Source: Candidatus Rickettsia vulgarisii
Lineage (GTDB): Bacteria; Pseudomonadota; Alphaproteobacteria; Rickettsiales; Rickettsiaceae
Assembly: GCA_050920655.1 (NCBI GenBank)
Contig: CP133317.1
Span: 1,501,168-1,565,167, forward strand
Reading direction: 5' to 3'
DNA length: 64,000 nucleotides
Part shown: one piece after another, positions 52,886-63,386 of the stretch
How the letters are laid out: the number at the start of each line of letters is the position of its first letter
How positions within the stretch are numbered: position 1 is the first letter of the stretch
Position numbers and translations under genes: made by a program
The notes under the pieces: model-generated
The model's database searches: none
Told to the model about the DNA's origin: nothing
What the model saw: the letters and a program-made list of their open reading frames with translations, nothing else

Positions 52886-53527
52886 CTATTGATTTAGCGC
52901 TAATTCTCTAATTCTCATTGTAAGTTTTGCAAATATCATATCCGGAGCTTTTTGTGTAGATAATTTATAAATAATATCTGGTTCTAGTATATCTTCTTTT
53001 TGTACTTCTATAGATAAAATAATGGTATTTTCTGGCATATTTGCATAAATTTCTCTAATAATTTGTCCAAAAGTTAGAAAATCTTGAGTAGCAAATTTTA
53101 TTTTAAGATCATAATTTCGTATTTTTACCCCATATTTTTCTCCACCTATATGTGGTTTGATATTGCTAAGAAATTCCTGCTTAATACTTGTTGTAATAGG
53201 TTCGTTCAGATTATATTTTTTTGAAAGATTTGTTATTTTGTTCATTACTTTTGTTCTTTCTAAGCAACTTTGCTTATAAGACATTGATAATAGATTCTTG
53301 TATTTAACATATGTATTTAATATTTTATGTTTCGAGTTTTTTATAGAATAAAGTTTGAGTGTTTCTTGGGCTAATAACTCCTCAGTTTGATATGTTTTTT
53401 TAATGGAATATTTATAATCTTGATTAAAAATCTGTAATAAAAACAATAATGAAGAGATGCCTAGAAAATACATCACTAATTTAAAAAATATAATATTTTT
53501 TAAATGAATAATAAAAATTCTGAGCAT
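52886..53527 (-). CDS. Hypothetical bitopic membrane protein (213 aa), PilO/GspM-like layout
   Basis: N-terminal TM helix (IIFFKLVMYFLGISSLLFLLQIF), a coiled segment, then a C-terminal strand-helix-strand pattern: DLKIKFATQDFLTFGQIIREIYANMPENTIILSIEVQKE...AKLTMRIREL. Confidence 0.45.
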   Translation of the reverse strand: MLRIFIIHLKNIIFFKLVMYFLGISSLLFLLQIFNQDYKYSIKKTYQTEELLAQETLKLYSIKNSKHKILNTYVKYKNLLSMSYKQSCLERTKVMNKITNLSKKYNLNEPITTSIKQEFLSNIKPHIGGEKYGVKIRNYDLKIKFATQDFLTFGQIIREIYANMPENTIILSIEVQKEDILEPDIIYKLSTQKAPDMIFAKLTMRIRELALNQ

Positions 53528-53530
53528 TAT

Positions 53531-55084
53531 TTATCCTCCGTTTTTAGAAATTATTATCGATAAAGGTATAACAATTCTGTTAGATAAATTAACTATTTGA
53601 TCATTAAATATTGTAATATTAATATCTACGCTACCAAAGATTTTTGTACTATCATCAATTTGTTGTTTTAAAATCTTCATAGCATCTTCAATATTTGTGT
53701 TTTCAATAATAAATTTTAAAAATATTTCAGTTTTTGTATATGGGTTTGGGGATAATAAAGTGCTATCTATATCTAATCTTCCCCATTTTATACCTTCTAA
53801 AAATAAGCTAGGAGGCAATTCTTTAACAAATTTTTCCAATAAATCAAATGGTATTGATGTAGGTGTTTGCAATAATGATTCAAAAATATACAAATCAGCT
53901 AAATTAATAGTATTTTGAATATAAGGATATCTTTGTTTTACATTGTAATATTCTTGTTCAGCGCTAGAATAATGTGAATGTAAGGTGGTTAATTTTTTGC
54001 AGTTTTCTAAGGTTTTTATTTTAGTAATACAAGCTGTAACTATTAAAAATATAATTATAATATTAAGTGGTTTAAAAACCAAAGAGTTAAAAATATTGAG
54101 TTTAGAGATAAGTTTCAAATTTTTATTATATGCTGAATGAGCCTTTTGTTCATTAAATAATTTTATAATTAAAGGATCTGCAAATTTATCACCTTCATTA
54201 AAGGTTTTTCCTAATAGCTGATTATAGGACTTACATATTAATTTATGTTCACCAAATCGAGAATGTTCTACTAATAATTTAAAATTTTCTTCAGCTATAA
54301 TAATAATACAGACTTTGAGATTTAAATTTTCAATATTATTTTTATAATTTATTAAACAATCACTAACTTCTTGTTCAATTATACCCTGAATATATAACTC
54401 AGACTTATCGGCTGGATAATCAAATCTTTGTATCTCAATTATATTATTTTTATGTTTAATAGTTAGATTGATACCGCTACCTTTCAAAATGCATACAAAA
54501 ACTTGAAAATATTCAGTATAAATTCCTTCGTTAGCTTTAGTAATGATTTTGTCGATGATTGTTTTTAGCTCTAAAGCCAAGAAATAAATACCGCTAAATT
54601 GTAACTCGGAATCTACCACTATATAGTCAATTAACTTACTCAAATATGGAGTATAATCACTAGATACTATTAAAGTATCCCAAGTTTCGCTTGATTTGGT
54701 ATTGATATTATAAATGCTGTATCCTACTATATTATCTTTAGGGAAATATTCTTCTATAAATTTTCCAACAGGGTTAGTTTTTACTATTGAGTGTAGTACT
54801 GGAATTATCTCATGACGTAGAGTACATTCAGAATTATTTAATAAAAGAAAAACATAAAATTTTTTAAATCTTTGGAAAAAATCATTATATAGATTTAAAT
54901 TGTCTCGATTTTCTAAGGGGATAAATAAACTATCTACAATTTTTTTATTAATGATAGCGAAAAGAAAAGTACCTTTGTCACTCACTAAAATAATAATATT
55001 GCGTCTATATAAAAAATATCTAAAGGATTTTAGTATATGTATTATATGTTCCTTAATTTTTGGTAAATTAAATATATTAGGCAT
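53531..55084 (-). CDS. Hypothetical bitopic membrane protein (517 aa), PilM-PilN-fusion / GspL-like layout
   Basis: The cytoplasmic region of about 335 aa has repeated beta-strand-like hydrophobic blocks. There is a single TM helix (aa ~336-355), and the C-terminal domain of about 160 aa starts FVKELPPSLFLEGIKWG. Confidence 0.45.
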   Translation of the reverse strand: MPNIFNLPKIKEHIIHILKSFRYFLYRRNIIILVSDKGTFLFAIINKKIVDSLFIPLENRDNLNLYNDFFQRFKKFYVFLLLNNSECTLRHEIIPVLHSIVKTNPVGKFIEEYFPKDNIVGYSIYNINTKSSETWDTLIVSSDYTPYLSKLIDYIVVDSELQFSGIYFLALELKTIIDKIITKANEGIYTEYFQVFVCILKGSGINLTIKHKNNIIEIQRFDYPADKSELYIQGIIEQEVSDCLINYKNNIENLNLKVCIIIIAEENFKLLVEHSRFGEHKLICKSYNQLLGKTFNEGDKFADPLIIKLFNEQKAHSAYNKNLKLISKLNIFNSLVFKPLNIIIIFLIVTACITKIKTLENCKKLTTLHSHYSSAEQEYYNVKQRYPYIQNTINLADLYIFESLLQTPTSIPFDLLEKFVKELPPSLFLEGIKWGRLDIDSTLLSPNPYTKTEIFLKFIIENTNIEDAMKILKQQIDDSTKIFGSVDINITIFNDQIVNLSNRIVIPLSIIISKNGG

Positions 55085-55194
55085 AAGAATTAATTAATAA
55101 ATCCTAAATTTTTTACTATACTGATTAGAATCTTTTAAGTATAAAAGATTTTGCATTGTCTAGAAATAGTTGGTATAATAGCTATACAAAATTT

Positions 55195-55334
55195 ATGTCA
55201 TTCTAGCTACGGCGGAAATCCAGTGGTGCATGCTGTGTCATCCCGAACTTGTTTCGGGATCTATTAGATGCTGAAACAAGTTCAGCATGACATAATTGAT
55301 ATTTTCTGGATCCCCGTCGTAGCTAGAATGACAT
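55195..55334. repeat. RPE-like composite element (140 bp) upstream of alaS
   Basis: ATGTCATTCTAGCTACGGCGGAAATCCAG ... GTCATCCCGAACTTGTTTCGGGATCTATTAGATGCTGAAACAAGTTCAGCATGAC ... CTGGATCCCCGTCGTAGCTAGAATGACAT. Confidence 0.8.
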
Positions 55335-55415
55335 AAATAATCGTTTTAACTATAATCTAGTTAATACTTTAAAAATTTTAATTATTAACATTAAATTACT
55401 AAAAAATGAACATCC

Positions 55416-58073
55416 ATGACTAAGCTTACCACTGAAGAAATTAGAAGTAAATTTATAAATTATTTTGTTGCAAATAATCATGTCCATGTACCAGCTAGTT
55501 CTTTGATACCTCATAATGACCCAAGCTTAATGTTTGTGAATTCTGGGATGGTACAATTTAAAAATGTTTTTACAGGTCAGGAAGTTAGGGAATATAACAA
55601 GGCAACTACTAGTCAAAAATCCCTGAGAGCCGGTGGTAAGCATAATGATTTGGAGAATGTTGGTTATACAGCAAGGCATCATACTTTCTTTGAAATGCTA
55701 GGGAATTTTTCCTTTGGCGATTATTTTAAAGAAGAAGCGATTTACCATGCTTGGAATCTTTTGACTAAAGAGTTTCAAATCTCTAAAGAAAAATTATATG
55801 TAACAGTTTACCATACTGATGATGAAGCTGCTTCCTATTGGAAAAAAGTAGCTAATTTAACTGAAGATAGAATTATCAGAATTAATACTAATGATAATTT
55901 TTGGTCGATGGGAGATACAGGACCCTGTGGTCCGTGTTCAGAGATCTTTTATGATCATGGAGATAAGATTCCAGGAGGACTACCTGGAACAAAAGATCAG
56001 GATGGAGATCGCTTCATTGAGATTTGGAATATGGTATTTATGCAATATGAGCAACTAGATGCCAATACTAGAATAGAGTTGCCTAAAAAATCTATTGATA
56101 CTGGGATGGGGCTAGAACGTATAAGCGCTGTTATGCAGAATGTTCATGATAATTATGATATAGATTTATTTAAGGAAATAATTGCAAGTGCAGAGAATAT
56201 AGTAAAAGTAAAAATAGAAGGGGAAGCTAAATTTTCTTATCGAGTTATTGCAGACCATTTACGAGCCTGTGCTTTTTTAATTGCTGACGGTATTATGCCG
56301 TCAAATGAAGGTAGAGGATATGTCTTAAGACGTATTATGCGTAGAAGTATGAGACATGCTCATATACTTGGTAGCAAGGAACCGTTAATGTATAAGTTAC
56401 TTCCTAAATTAGTGGATTTAATGGGAGGAGCCTATCCAGAACTCCGAAGAGCTGAAGAGTTTATCGGTAGTATTTTAGAACAAGAAGAAATACGATTTAA
56501 GGCTACACTTGAGCGAGGCCTTAAGTTACTTGACGATAAAACGAAGCATTTAAGCAAAAATTCTGTTCTTTCAGGAGAAGTAGCGTTCAAATTATATGAT
56601 ACTTATGGTTTTCCAGTTGATTTAACTGCGGATATTTTAAAAAACAAACAAGTATCAATTGATATTGATGGCTTTAATAACAAGATGCAAGAGCAGAAGG
56701 AAAGAGCTAGGAAATCTTGGTTAGGTTCTAATGAATCTAAAACTGATAAATTATGGTTTGATATTCAGTCAGAGTTCGGTAATACTGAGTTTTTAGGATA
56801 TTCTTTAGATGAAGTAGAAGGTAAAATATTAGCTTTAGTTAAGGATAATGTTTTAGTTAATACTATAGATAATGTAGGCGATAAATTTACTATAATTAGC
56901 AATCAAACTCCTTTCTATGGTGAGTCTGGCGGTCAAATGGGAGATATAGGATATATCAAAACCGCTAATTGTAAAATTAAAGTAGTAGACACTTTAAAAT
57001 ATCTTGGTGGGATAATAGCTCATATTTGTATTTTAGAAGAAGGGATAGGCGTTAAAATTGGAGATACGGCAGATTTTATCATCGATACTAAATATCGTAG
57101 AAATTTAAGAATTCACCATTCCGCAACTCATATATTACATGCGGTACTGCGTGAAGTACTAGGTAAACATATTACTCAAAAAGGCTCTCTTGTAGCAAGT
57201 GATCGTTTACGTTTTGATATTAGTTATGGAACAGCCATAACTAAAGAACAAATTATCTTGATTGAAGATAAAGTAAACCAAATTATTATGGATAATTCAA
57301 AAGTTGTCACAAATTTAATGTCTAAAGACGAAGCTATTAAATCGAGCGCTATGGCTTTATTCGGCGAGAAATATGATAATGAGGTAAGGGTTGTATCAAT
57401 GGGTAGGGATGAGGCTAAAGATGGTTCGTACTCTCTAGAGTTATGCGGCGGTACTCACGTTGCTAGAACTGGTGATATTGGGATGTTTAAGATCATAAGT
57501 GAAAGTGCGATTGCTGCGGGTATTAGAAGAATAGAAGCGGTATGCGGCGAATTTGTCTTGAAATTAATTAGGAGCAATGACGCTATTATAGAAAATATCT
57601 CTACTGCTTTAAAAATCGGTAAAAATGAAGTTGCTGATAAAGTTAATGATCTAATTACTAGTAAAAAAGAACTGTCAGATCAAATAATGTCTTTACAAGT
57701 CTCGATGCTTGATTTGAATATTGAACAGATTAATAAAGAAGCTGCAGATCTGTCAGGTATCAAGTTTATTTATAAATTGGTTAACAATCTTGATAATAAA
57801 ATATTGCGTTTATCAGCGGAACAAATAGCTAATAAATTAGATAATTTAGTGATTGTTTATATAAATAATACTGGAAAATTATCTATTACAGTTGCAGTAA
57901 GTAAAAAAATTACTGACAAGGTGAATGCTGGTACTATAGCTAAATCAATTTCATTATTTTTAGATGGAACAGGGGGTGGTAGACAAGCAACTATTGCTCA
58001 AGCAGGAGGTGTGGATACTAGTAAGCTACCTGAACTAAAAGATATGATAATAGATTTGCTACAGAAGTTATAA
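55416..58073 (+). CDS. alaS: Alanine--tRNA ligase
   Basis: 885 aa with FVNSGMVQFKNVF, the WNMVFMQYE region, HHSATHILH...CGGTH (editing/zinc motif) and a C-terminal DHHA1-like GGGRQ. Confidence 0.97.
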   Translation: MTKLTTEEIRSKFINYFVANNHVHVPASSLIPHNDPSLMFVNSGMVQFKNVFTGQEVREYNKATTSQKSLRAGGKHNDLENVGYTARHHTFFEMLGNFSFGDYFKEEAIYHAWNLLTKEFQISKEKLYVTVYHTDDEAASYWKKVANLTEDRIIRINTNDNFWSMGDTGPCGPCSEIFYDHGDKIPGGLPGTKDQDGDRFIEIWNMVFMQYEQLDANTRIELPKKSIDTGMGLERISAVMQNVHDNYDIDLFKEIIASAENIVKVKIEGEAKFSYRVIADHLRACAFLIADGIMPSNEGRGYVLRRIMRRSMRHAHILGSKEPLMYKLLPKLVDLMGGAYPELRRAEEFIGSILEQEEIRFKATLERGLKLLDDKTKHLSKNSVLSGEVAFKLYDTYGFPVDLTADILKNKQVSIDIDGFNNKMQEQKERARKSWLGSNESKTDKLWFDIQSEFGNTEFLGYSLDEVEGKILALVKDNVLVNTIDNVGDKFTIISNQTPFYGESGGQMGDIGYIKTANCKIKVVDTLKYLGGIIAHICILEEGIGVKIGDTADFIIDTKYRRNLRIHHSATHILHAVLREVLGKHITQKGSLVASDRLRFDISYGTAITKEQIILIEDKVNQIIMDNSKVVTNLMSKDEAIKSSAMALFGEKYDNEVRVVSMGRDEAKDGSYSLELCGGTHVARTGDIGMFKIISESAIAAGIRRIEAVCGEFVLKLIRSNDAIIENISTALKIGKNEVADKVNDLITSKKELSDQIMSLQVSMLDLNIEQINKEAADLSGIKFIYKLVNNLDNKILRLSAEQIANKLDNLVIVYINNTGKLSITVAVSKKITDKVNAGTIAKSISLFLDGTGGGRQATIAQAGGVDTSKLPELKDMIIDLLQKL

Positions 58074-58077
58074 ATCT

Positions 58078-58191
58078 ATGTCATTCCCGCGAAGGCGGGA
58101 ATCCAGGAGATATAAAATTATATTCTACTATAAGATTTTGTATGAGTATAGAAAGAACTGGGTTCCCGCCTTCGCGGCGCGGGAATGACAT
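58078..58191. repeat. RPE-like element (114 bp), 4 nt after the alaS stop
   Basis: The left arm ATGTCATTCCCGCGAAGGCGGGAATCCAG is followed by a 51-nt AT-rich interior. The right arm is CTGGGTTCCCGCCTTCGCGGCGCGGGAATGACAT. Confidence 0.8.
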
Positions 58192-58234
58192 CCAGCTTTA
58201 ATTAAATCATTAGCTAATTTTTGCAATATCATTC

Positions 58235-59387
58235 ATGAATCATTTATCTATCTATATACATTGGCCATTTTGTTTATCAAAATGCCCATATTGTGATTTT
58301 AATTCACATGTTTCAGAAAAAATAGAGCATGATATATGGTTAAAATCTTATGAGCGTGAGCTCGAATATTTTAAAGATCTTATCAGTAATAAATATATTA
58401 AATCTATTTTTTTTTGGAGGTGGAACGCCATCTTTGATGAAACCATTTGTTGTTGATGGAATAATTCAAAAAATAGCAAAATTAGGAAGAATTGATCAGC
58501 AAACAGAAATTACTTTAGAAACTAATCCTACTTCCTTTGAGGCAAGTAAATTCCAAGATTTTAGAACAGCCGGAGTAAATCGTGTATCAATAGGTGTTCA
58601 GTCTTTAATTGAAGATGATTTGCGAGCTTTGGGTAGGCAGCATGATAAGAAGCAAGCAATTCAAACTATAGAGAAGGCTAATAGTTTATTTGAGAAGGTA
58701 TCTTTTGATTTAATTTATGCAAGAAGTAATCAGACTTTAGATAATTGGCAAAAAGAATTGATTGAAGCCATGCAGATGGCGTCAGGGCATATTTCCTTAT
58801 ATCAGCTTACAATAGAGAAAGGCACTTTATTTTATAAATTATTTAATGAGGGGAATCTTGTTATTCCGGAATCAGATATTGCGGCTGATATGTATGAGTG
58901 GACAAATTCATATTTAGAATCTAAAGGATATAATAGATATGAGATATCTAATTACGCTACCAAAAATAATGAATGTAAGCATAATTTAGCCTATTGGCAA
59001 TATGATAATTATTTAGGTATTGGCCCTGGCGCTCATAGTAGGATTAATATTTCAAATAATTTAAACTCTATAATGATGTGGCATAAACCAGATAAATGGT
59101 TACAAACGGTTAATGATCTAGGGGTTGGTACTCAAAGTATTAATCAATTATCTGAGCAAGAGATAATTGAAGAAATGCTAATGATGGGATTACGTCTTGA
59201 AAAAGGTATCAATCTTGATATTATGCAAAAAAGAATAGGCAAACAATTATCAGAAATTTTAGATATTGATAAAATAGCTTATTATCAAAAATTAGGTTTA
59301 GTGGCGAAGAATATAGAGAATAATCTTCGTCTTACAAGTAAGGGGTTAATGATGCATAGCTATATAGTTCCAAGGTTACTTTTATAA
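58235..59387 (+). pseudogene. hemW: Radical-SAM HemN/HemW-like protein (coproporphyrinogen III oxidase-like / heme chaperone) with one frameshift
   Basis: It has CLSKCPYCDF (CxxxCxxC). The frame breaks at the T9 run 58407-58415, where T8 would give ...KSIFFGGGTPSLM. The rest (58350-59387) is intact. Confidence 0.8.
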
Positions 59388-59447
59388 CATAGCTAATTGT
59401 CTACATCATTTAATTTACTCTATTTCAATTATCAATAAATAGTAAAA

Positions 59448-61076
59448 ATGACAAAATTTATTTTCGTGACTGGAGGAGTAGTTTCTTCCTTAGGTAAAGG
59501 TGTTGCTAGTGGTATTATTGGAGCGTTACTTCAAGAATATGGTTATAAAGTACGTTTAAGAAAACTTGACCCATATTTTAACTTAAATTCTGGTACCATG
59601 CAACCGAATGAACATGGTGAGGTTTTTGTTACTGAGGATGGAGCAGAAACAGATCTTGATTTAGGCCATTATGAACGTTTCACGGCGGTGGATACTTTAA
59701 AATCTGATCATATTACTGCTGGTAAAATATATTCAGATTTATTATCAGGTGAAAGACAGGGTGTATATTTTAGGTAAAACAGTACAAGTAATATCTAATG
59801 TTACTGATTTAATAAAGAAATTTATTACTTCTAATATTCAAAAAGAAGATTTTGTTATTTGCGAAATTGGTGGGACAGTAGGGGATATTGAGGCTCAACC
59901 ATTCTTAGAAGCAATTCGCCAAATTCGTAATGATCTTGGCAAAGAAAATACAGCTTTTATTCATGTAACTTTAGTTCCATATATGAAAGCTGCAAAAGAG
60001 CTTAAAACAAAACCAACGCAACGTTCTGTAAAGGAATTAAGAAGCGTTGGTATACAACAGCCAGATGTATTGCTTGTTAAGATCAGAAAAATCTCTTCCT
60101 GATAGCGCTAAACAAAAAATAGCACTTTATTGTAACGTAAGTGAAGATAGAGTGATTGAATCTTTAGATCAAAAAAATATTTATAAAGCTCTTACCTCTT
60201 ATAGAAGCGCAGGTTTATGCAAGCAAGGTTAAAGCATTTTAATATTGCTCTTAAAGCCACTCCTAATACAGAAAAATGGAATAATATTGTAAAACAAGTT
60301 TCTAGCTTAAAAGCAAATGTTACTATTGCTATTGTTGGTAAATATATGAAAACCAAAGATGCCTATAAATCTTTGATTGAATCATTAATGCATGCTGGTG
60401 TTTATAATCAATATCAGGTAAATATCAAATGGGTTGATGCTGGTGAGGTTACAGTAGAAAATGTTAAAGAAAAACTAGAGGATTGCTCAGGTATTCTAGT
60501 ACCAGGAGGATTTGGGGTACGTGATATTGAAGGTAAGATTTTAGCAATAAAATATGCAAGAGAAAATAAAATACCATTCTTAGGTATTTGTTTTGGTATG
60601 CAATTAGCATTGATTGAATATGCAAGACATGTGTTCTAGGAATAAAAGACGCTACTTCTTCTGAATTTGAAACAACAGGAACTAATATAATATGTCGCAT
60701 GACTGAATGGGTTAAGGACGGTATAGTAGAAGAGACAAATCAACAAATAGGTGGAACAATGAGGCTAGGAAGTTATCCATCTGTTATTGAAAAAGATACT
60801 CTTATTCATAAAATTTATAAAGCAACTGAAATTATTGAGAGGCATAGACATAGATACGCCTTTAATATTTCCTTTAAAGAACAATTTGAAAAGGCTGGTA
60901 TAATATTTAGTGGTTACGCCCCTGATAATAATAATGTAACTGAGATTATAGAATTGCCGAAACATCCATATTTTGTGGGAGTACAATTTCACCCAGAGTT
61001 AAAATCTAGAATATTTGATCTACATCCTTTATTTGTTAGATTTGTTAAGGAGTCAGTTAAAAACAAACAAAATTAA
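59448..61076 (+). pseudogene. pyrG: CTP synthase, at least 4 frameshifts
   Basis: Five collinear pieces carry [60 protein letters not shown] and VQFHPE. The breaks lie near 59768-59771 (T4), 60075, 60225 and 60634. Confidence 0.85.
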
Positions 61077-61109
61077 ACAACGTTAATTTTTAGTTGTATA
61101 TTAATAATT

Positions 61110-61156
61110 TTTGGTATAAAATAATAAAAATTAAATTTTTATTATTTTATACCAAA
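61110..61156. repeat. Perfect 47-nt AT-rich palindrome between the pyrG remnant and the proP-like gene
   Basis: TTTGGTATAAAATAATAAAAATT-A-AATTTTTATTATTTTATACCAAA: a 23-bp stem with only 2 G:C pairs. It could be a terminator or a regulatory hairpin. Confidence 0.6.
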
Positions 61157-61164
61157 GTACTAAT

Positions 61165-62523
61165 ATGGAGTTAATAGAATATCAATTAAGAAGATGTGAA
61201 AAACAGGCAATGGGTTTGTTGTTTTTAGGGACATTTTTGGAATATTTTGATTTAATGCTATATGTTCATATGGCAGTTTTACTAAATGATCTATTTTTTA
61301 AACCAACGGCCAATCAATTTTCTGCTTCGTTGCTCAGTGCTTTTTCGTTTTGCATGACCTTTGCGTTTCGTCCAATTGGGGCTTTATTAATTGGCAGGTT
61401 AGGCGACAGTATAGGGCGAAAATCAACAGTGGTAATTACTAGCTTTGCTATGGCTAGTTGTTGTGTATTAATGGCAAATCTTCCAACCTATGAACAAATA
61501 GGTATAACTGCTGCTTGGGCGGTAACAATTTGTCGTATTATTCAAGGCATATCTTCAATGGGAGAAGCAATAGGCGCTGAAATTTATTTAACTGAAACTA
61601 TAATGCCTCCGAAAGTTTACCCTATAGCTGGATTAGTATGTGTTTTTGCTAGTTTAGGAGGAGTTATAGCGTTAGCGGTAGCCAATATTTCTGTGACTAC
61701 AGGGTTTAATTGGCGGATAGCTTTTTGGTTTGGTGCTATTATTTCAGTCGTTGGAATGGTAGCTAGAACAGCTTTAAGGGAAACGCCAGAATTTGCTAAT
61801 GCTAAGAAACGTTTAGCAAATGTCTGGAAATCTCATGATTTTGATCCAAGGGGAATGGCTGAAATATCAATTAATAAAAAAGTAATGAAAGAAAGAATTA
61901 ACAAAAAAACAGCTATAGCTCTTTTCTTTGTTCAATTAACAACTCCTATAGCTTTTTATTTTGTTTTTGTCCATTGTTCTAATATTTTAAAAACCAAATT
62001 TGGTTTTACGGCAGCTGAAGTGATACATCAGAATTTGATTGTTACAATTGGTGATTTAATATGTTTATTACCTATTATTTATCTAACATGTATAATATAT
62101 CCTTTAAAGATTTTAAGAGTAAAATATTATATAGCTTTTTTATTAGTTTTAGCCTGTCCTTTTTTGTTAGATAACGCCACTAGTTATTTTCATATTTTGC
62201 TAATACAATTATTAGTATTTATACTTGTTCCATTAGATAATCCTGGCGCTCCTATTTTTTATAAGGCTTTCCCAGTATTTAAGCGTTTTACTGCTGTTGC
62301 TTTTTCTTTTGCTCTATCCAGAGCCATTATGCATGTTATTAGTTCTTTTGGTCTCGTTTATTTAGTAGAATATTTTGGTAATCAAGGGATATGGTTTTTA
62401 TTTGTACCAGTAATGATAGCTTATGGGTTTAGTTTGTCTTATTTCTTTAATTTTAAAAAGGAAGAAGGGTTGGCGAAGTGTATAGAAGACAGTAAAATTC
62501 CAAATTTGCAAACAATTTTATAA
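61165..62523 (+). CDS. MFS transporter, ProP-like (proline/betaine transporter paralogue), intact
   Basis: 452 aa with GTFLEYFDLMLYVHMAVLLNDLFF, GRLGDSIGRKSTV and LPTYEQIGITAAWAVTICRIIQG, and about 12 TM helices. Confidence 0.8.
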   Translation: MELIEYQLRRCEKQAMGLLFLGTFLEYFDLMLYVHMAVLLNDLFFKPTANQFSASLLSAFSFCMTFAFRPIGALLIGRLGDSIGRKSTVVITSFAMASCCVLMANLPTYEQIGITAAWAVTICRIIQGISSMGEAIGAEIYLTETIMPPKVYPIAGLVCVFASLGGVIALAVANISVTTGFNWRIAFWFGAIISVVGMVARTALRETPEFANAKKRLANVWKSHDFDPRGMAEISINKKVMKERINKKTAIALFFVQLTTPIAFYFVFVHCSNILKTKFGFTAAEVIHQNLIVTIGDLICLLPIIYLTCIIYPLKILRVKYYIAFLLVLACPFLLDNATSYFHILLIQLLVFILVPLDNPGAPIFYKAFPVFKRFTAVAFSFALSRAIMHVISSFGLVYLVEYFGNQGIWFLFVPVMIAYGFSLSYFFNFKKEEGLAKCIEDSKIPNLQTIL

Positions 62524-62639
62524 ACGGTTTTGCTGCTTATAAAAAGTTGAATTTACATCACAAACTTAAATTTTATTTAAGGAGTTTTTAATTATTACTT
62601 ACAACCTGCTGCCCAATTAATATATTAATTGGTAGGGTT

Positions 62640-62852
62640 ATGACAAAATTAATACCAAATATATTGACGGTAATTGTAGTTATATTTTATAGCGTTTATT
62701 CGTTAGCTTTTGTTGTCCCACCGCCACCACGCGTGCAAGATCCTCACGATACACGTGAGATAGGAGAATATTATGGATATGAGCTAGTAACTCATCCTAT
62801 TGTTCGTCCTGAGGAAAATAAACAACATAAAGATTCTAGCTATGACCAATGA
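62640..62852 (+). CDS. Small hypothetical protein with an N-terminal hydrophobic helix
   Basis: 70 aa: MTKLIPNILTVIVVIFYSVYSLAFVVPPPP..., with no recognisable family. Confidence 0.3.
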   Translation: MTKLIPNILTVIVVIFYSVYSLAFVVPPPPRVQDPHDTREIGEYYGYELVTHPIVRPEENKQHKDSSYDQ

Positions 62853-63246
62853 TCAAGAATATTTTGAAAAAGAGTTAGAATATACTATAGATCCTTATAA
62901 AGTTTATTCAGAGATTCAACAGCAGCAAGATATTGTTATAGTGGATGTTAGAAGTATTCAAGATTATGTACAAGGACATATTCCTACTGCTATCAGCTTA
63001 CCCAATTAATCAATATAATGATTTCAATGGAACAGAAATAGAATATACCCAGGTTTATGTAAAGATGTTATGAATTATGTTTATTGTTATGAGTCAACCT
63101 GTGATGCTGCTGCCAAGGCTTGTAAAAAATTTACTTCTTTAGGGTATAAAGTAAAAGAAATAAAGGGTGGTTTTGAGCAATGGCAAGAATATAAATACCT
63201 GTGGAGAAATAAAAACTTACTTCGTGGTACTGCCAAAAATAGTTGA
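62842..63246 (+). pseudogene. Rhodanese-like domain gene, disrupted
   Basis: MTNDQEYFEK...IVIVDVRSIQDYVQGHIPTAISLPN is followed by a stop at 63007. The remainder (VYCYESTCDAAAKACKKFTSLGYKVKEIKGGFEQWQEY) is in another frame. Confidence 0.55.
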
Positions 63247-63269
63247 TATTAAGGTCTTTTATAAACCCT

Positions 63270-63299
63270 ATGTCATTCCCGCCGTAGCTAGAATGACAT
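63270..63299. repeat. Short RPE-arm hairpin
   Basis: ATGTCATTC-CCGCCGTAGCTA-GAATGACAT: a 9-bp stem that mixes the two arm types seen elsewhere. Confidence 0.6.
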
Positions 63300-63386
63300 C
63301 CAATATATAGGTTATCTCATTTTACTCCATGTGACAACGCCAACATGAACTCACCATCATGGTTTTTATTGTCAGTTTTTATGATA

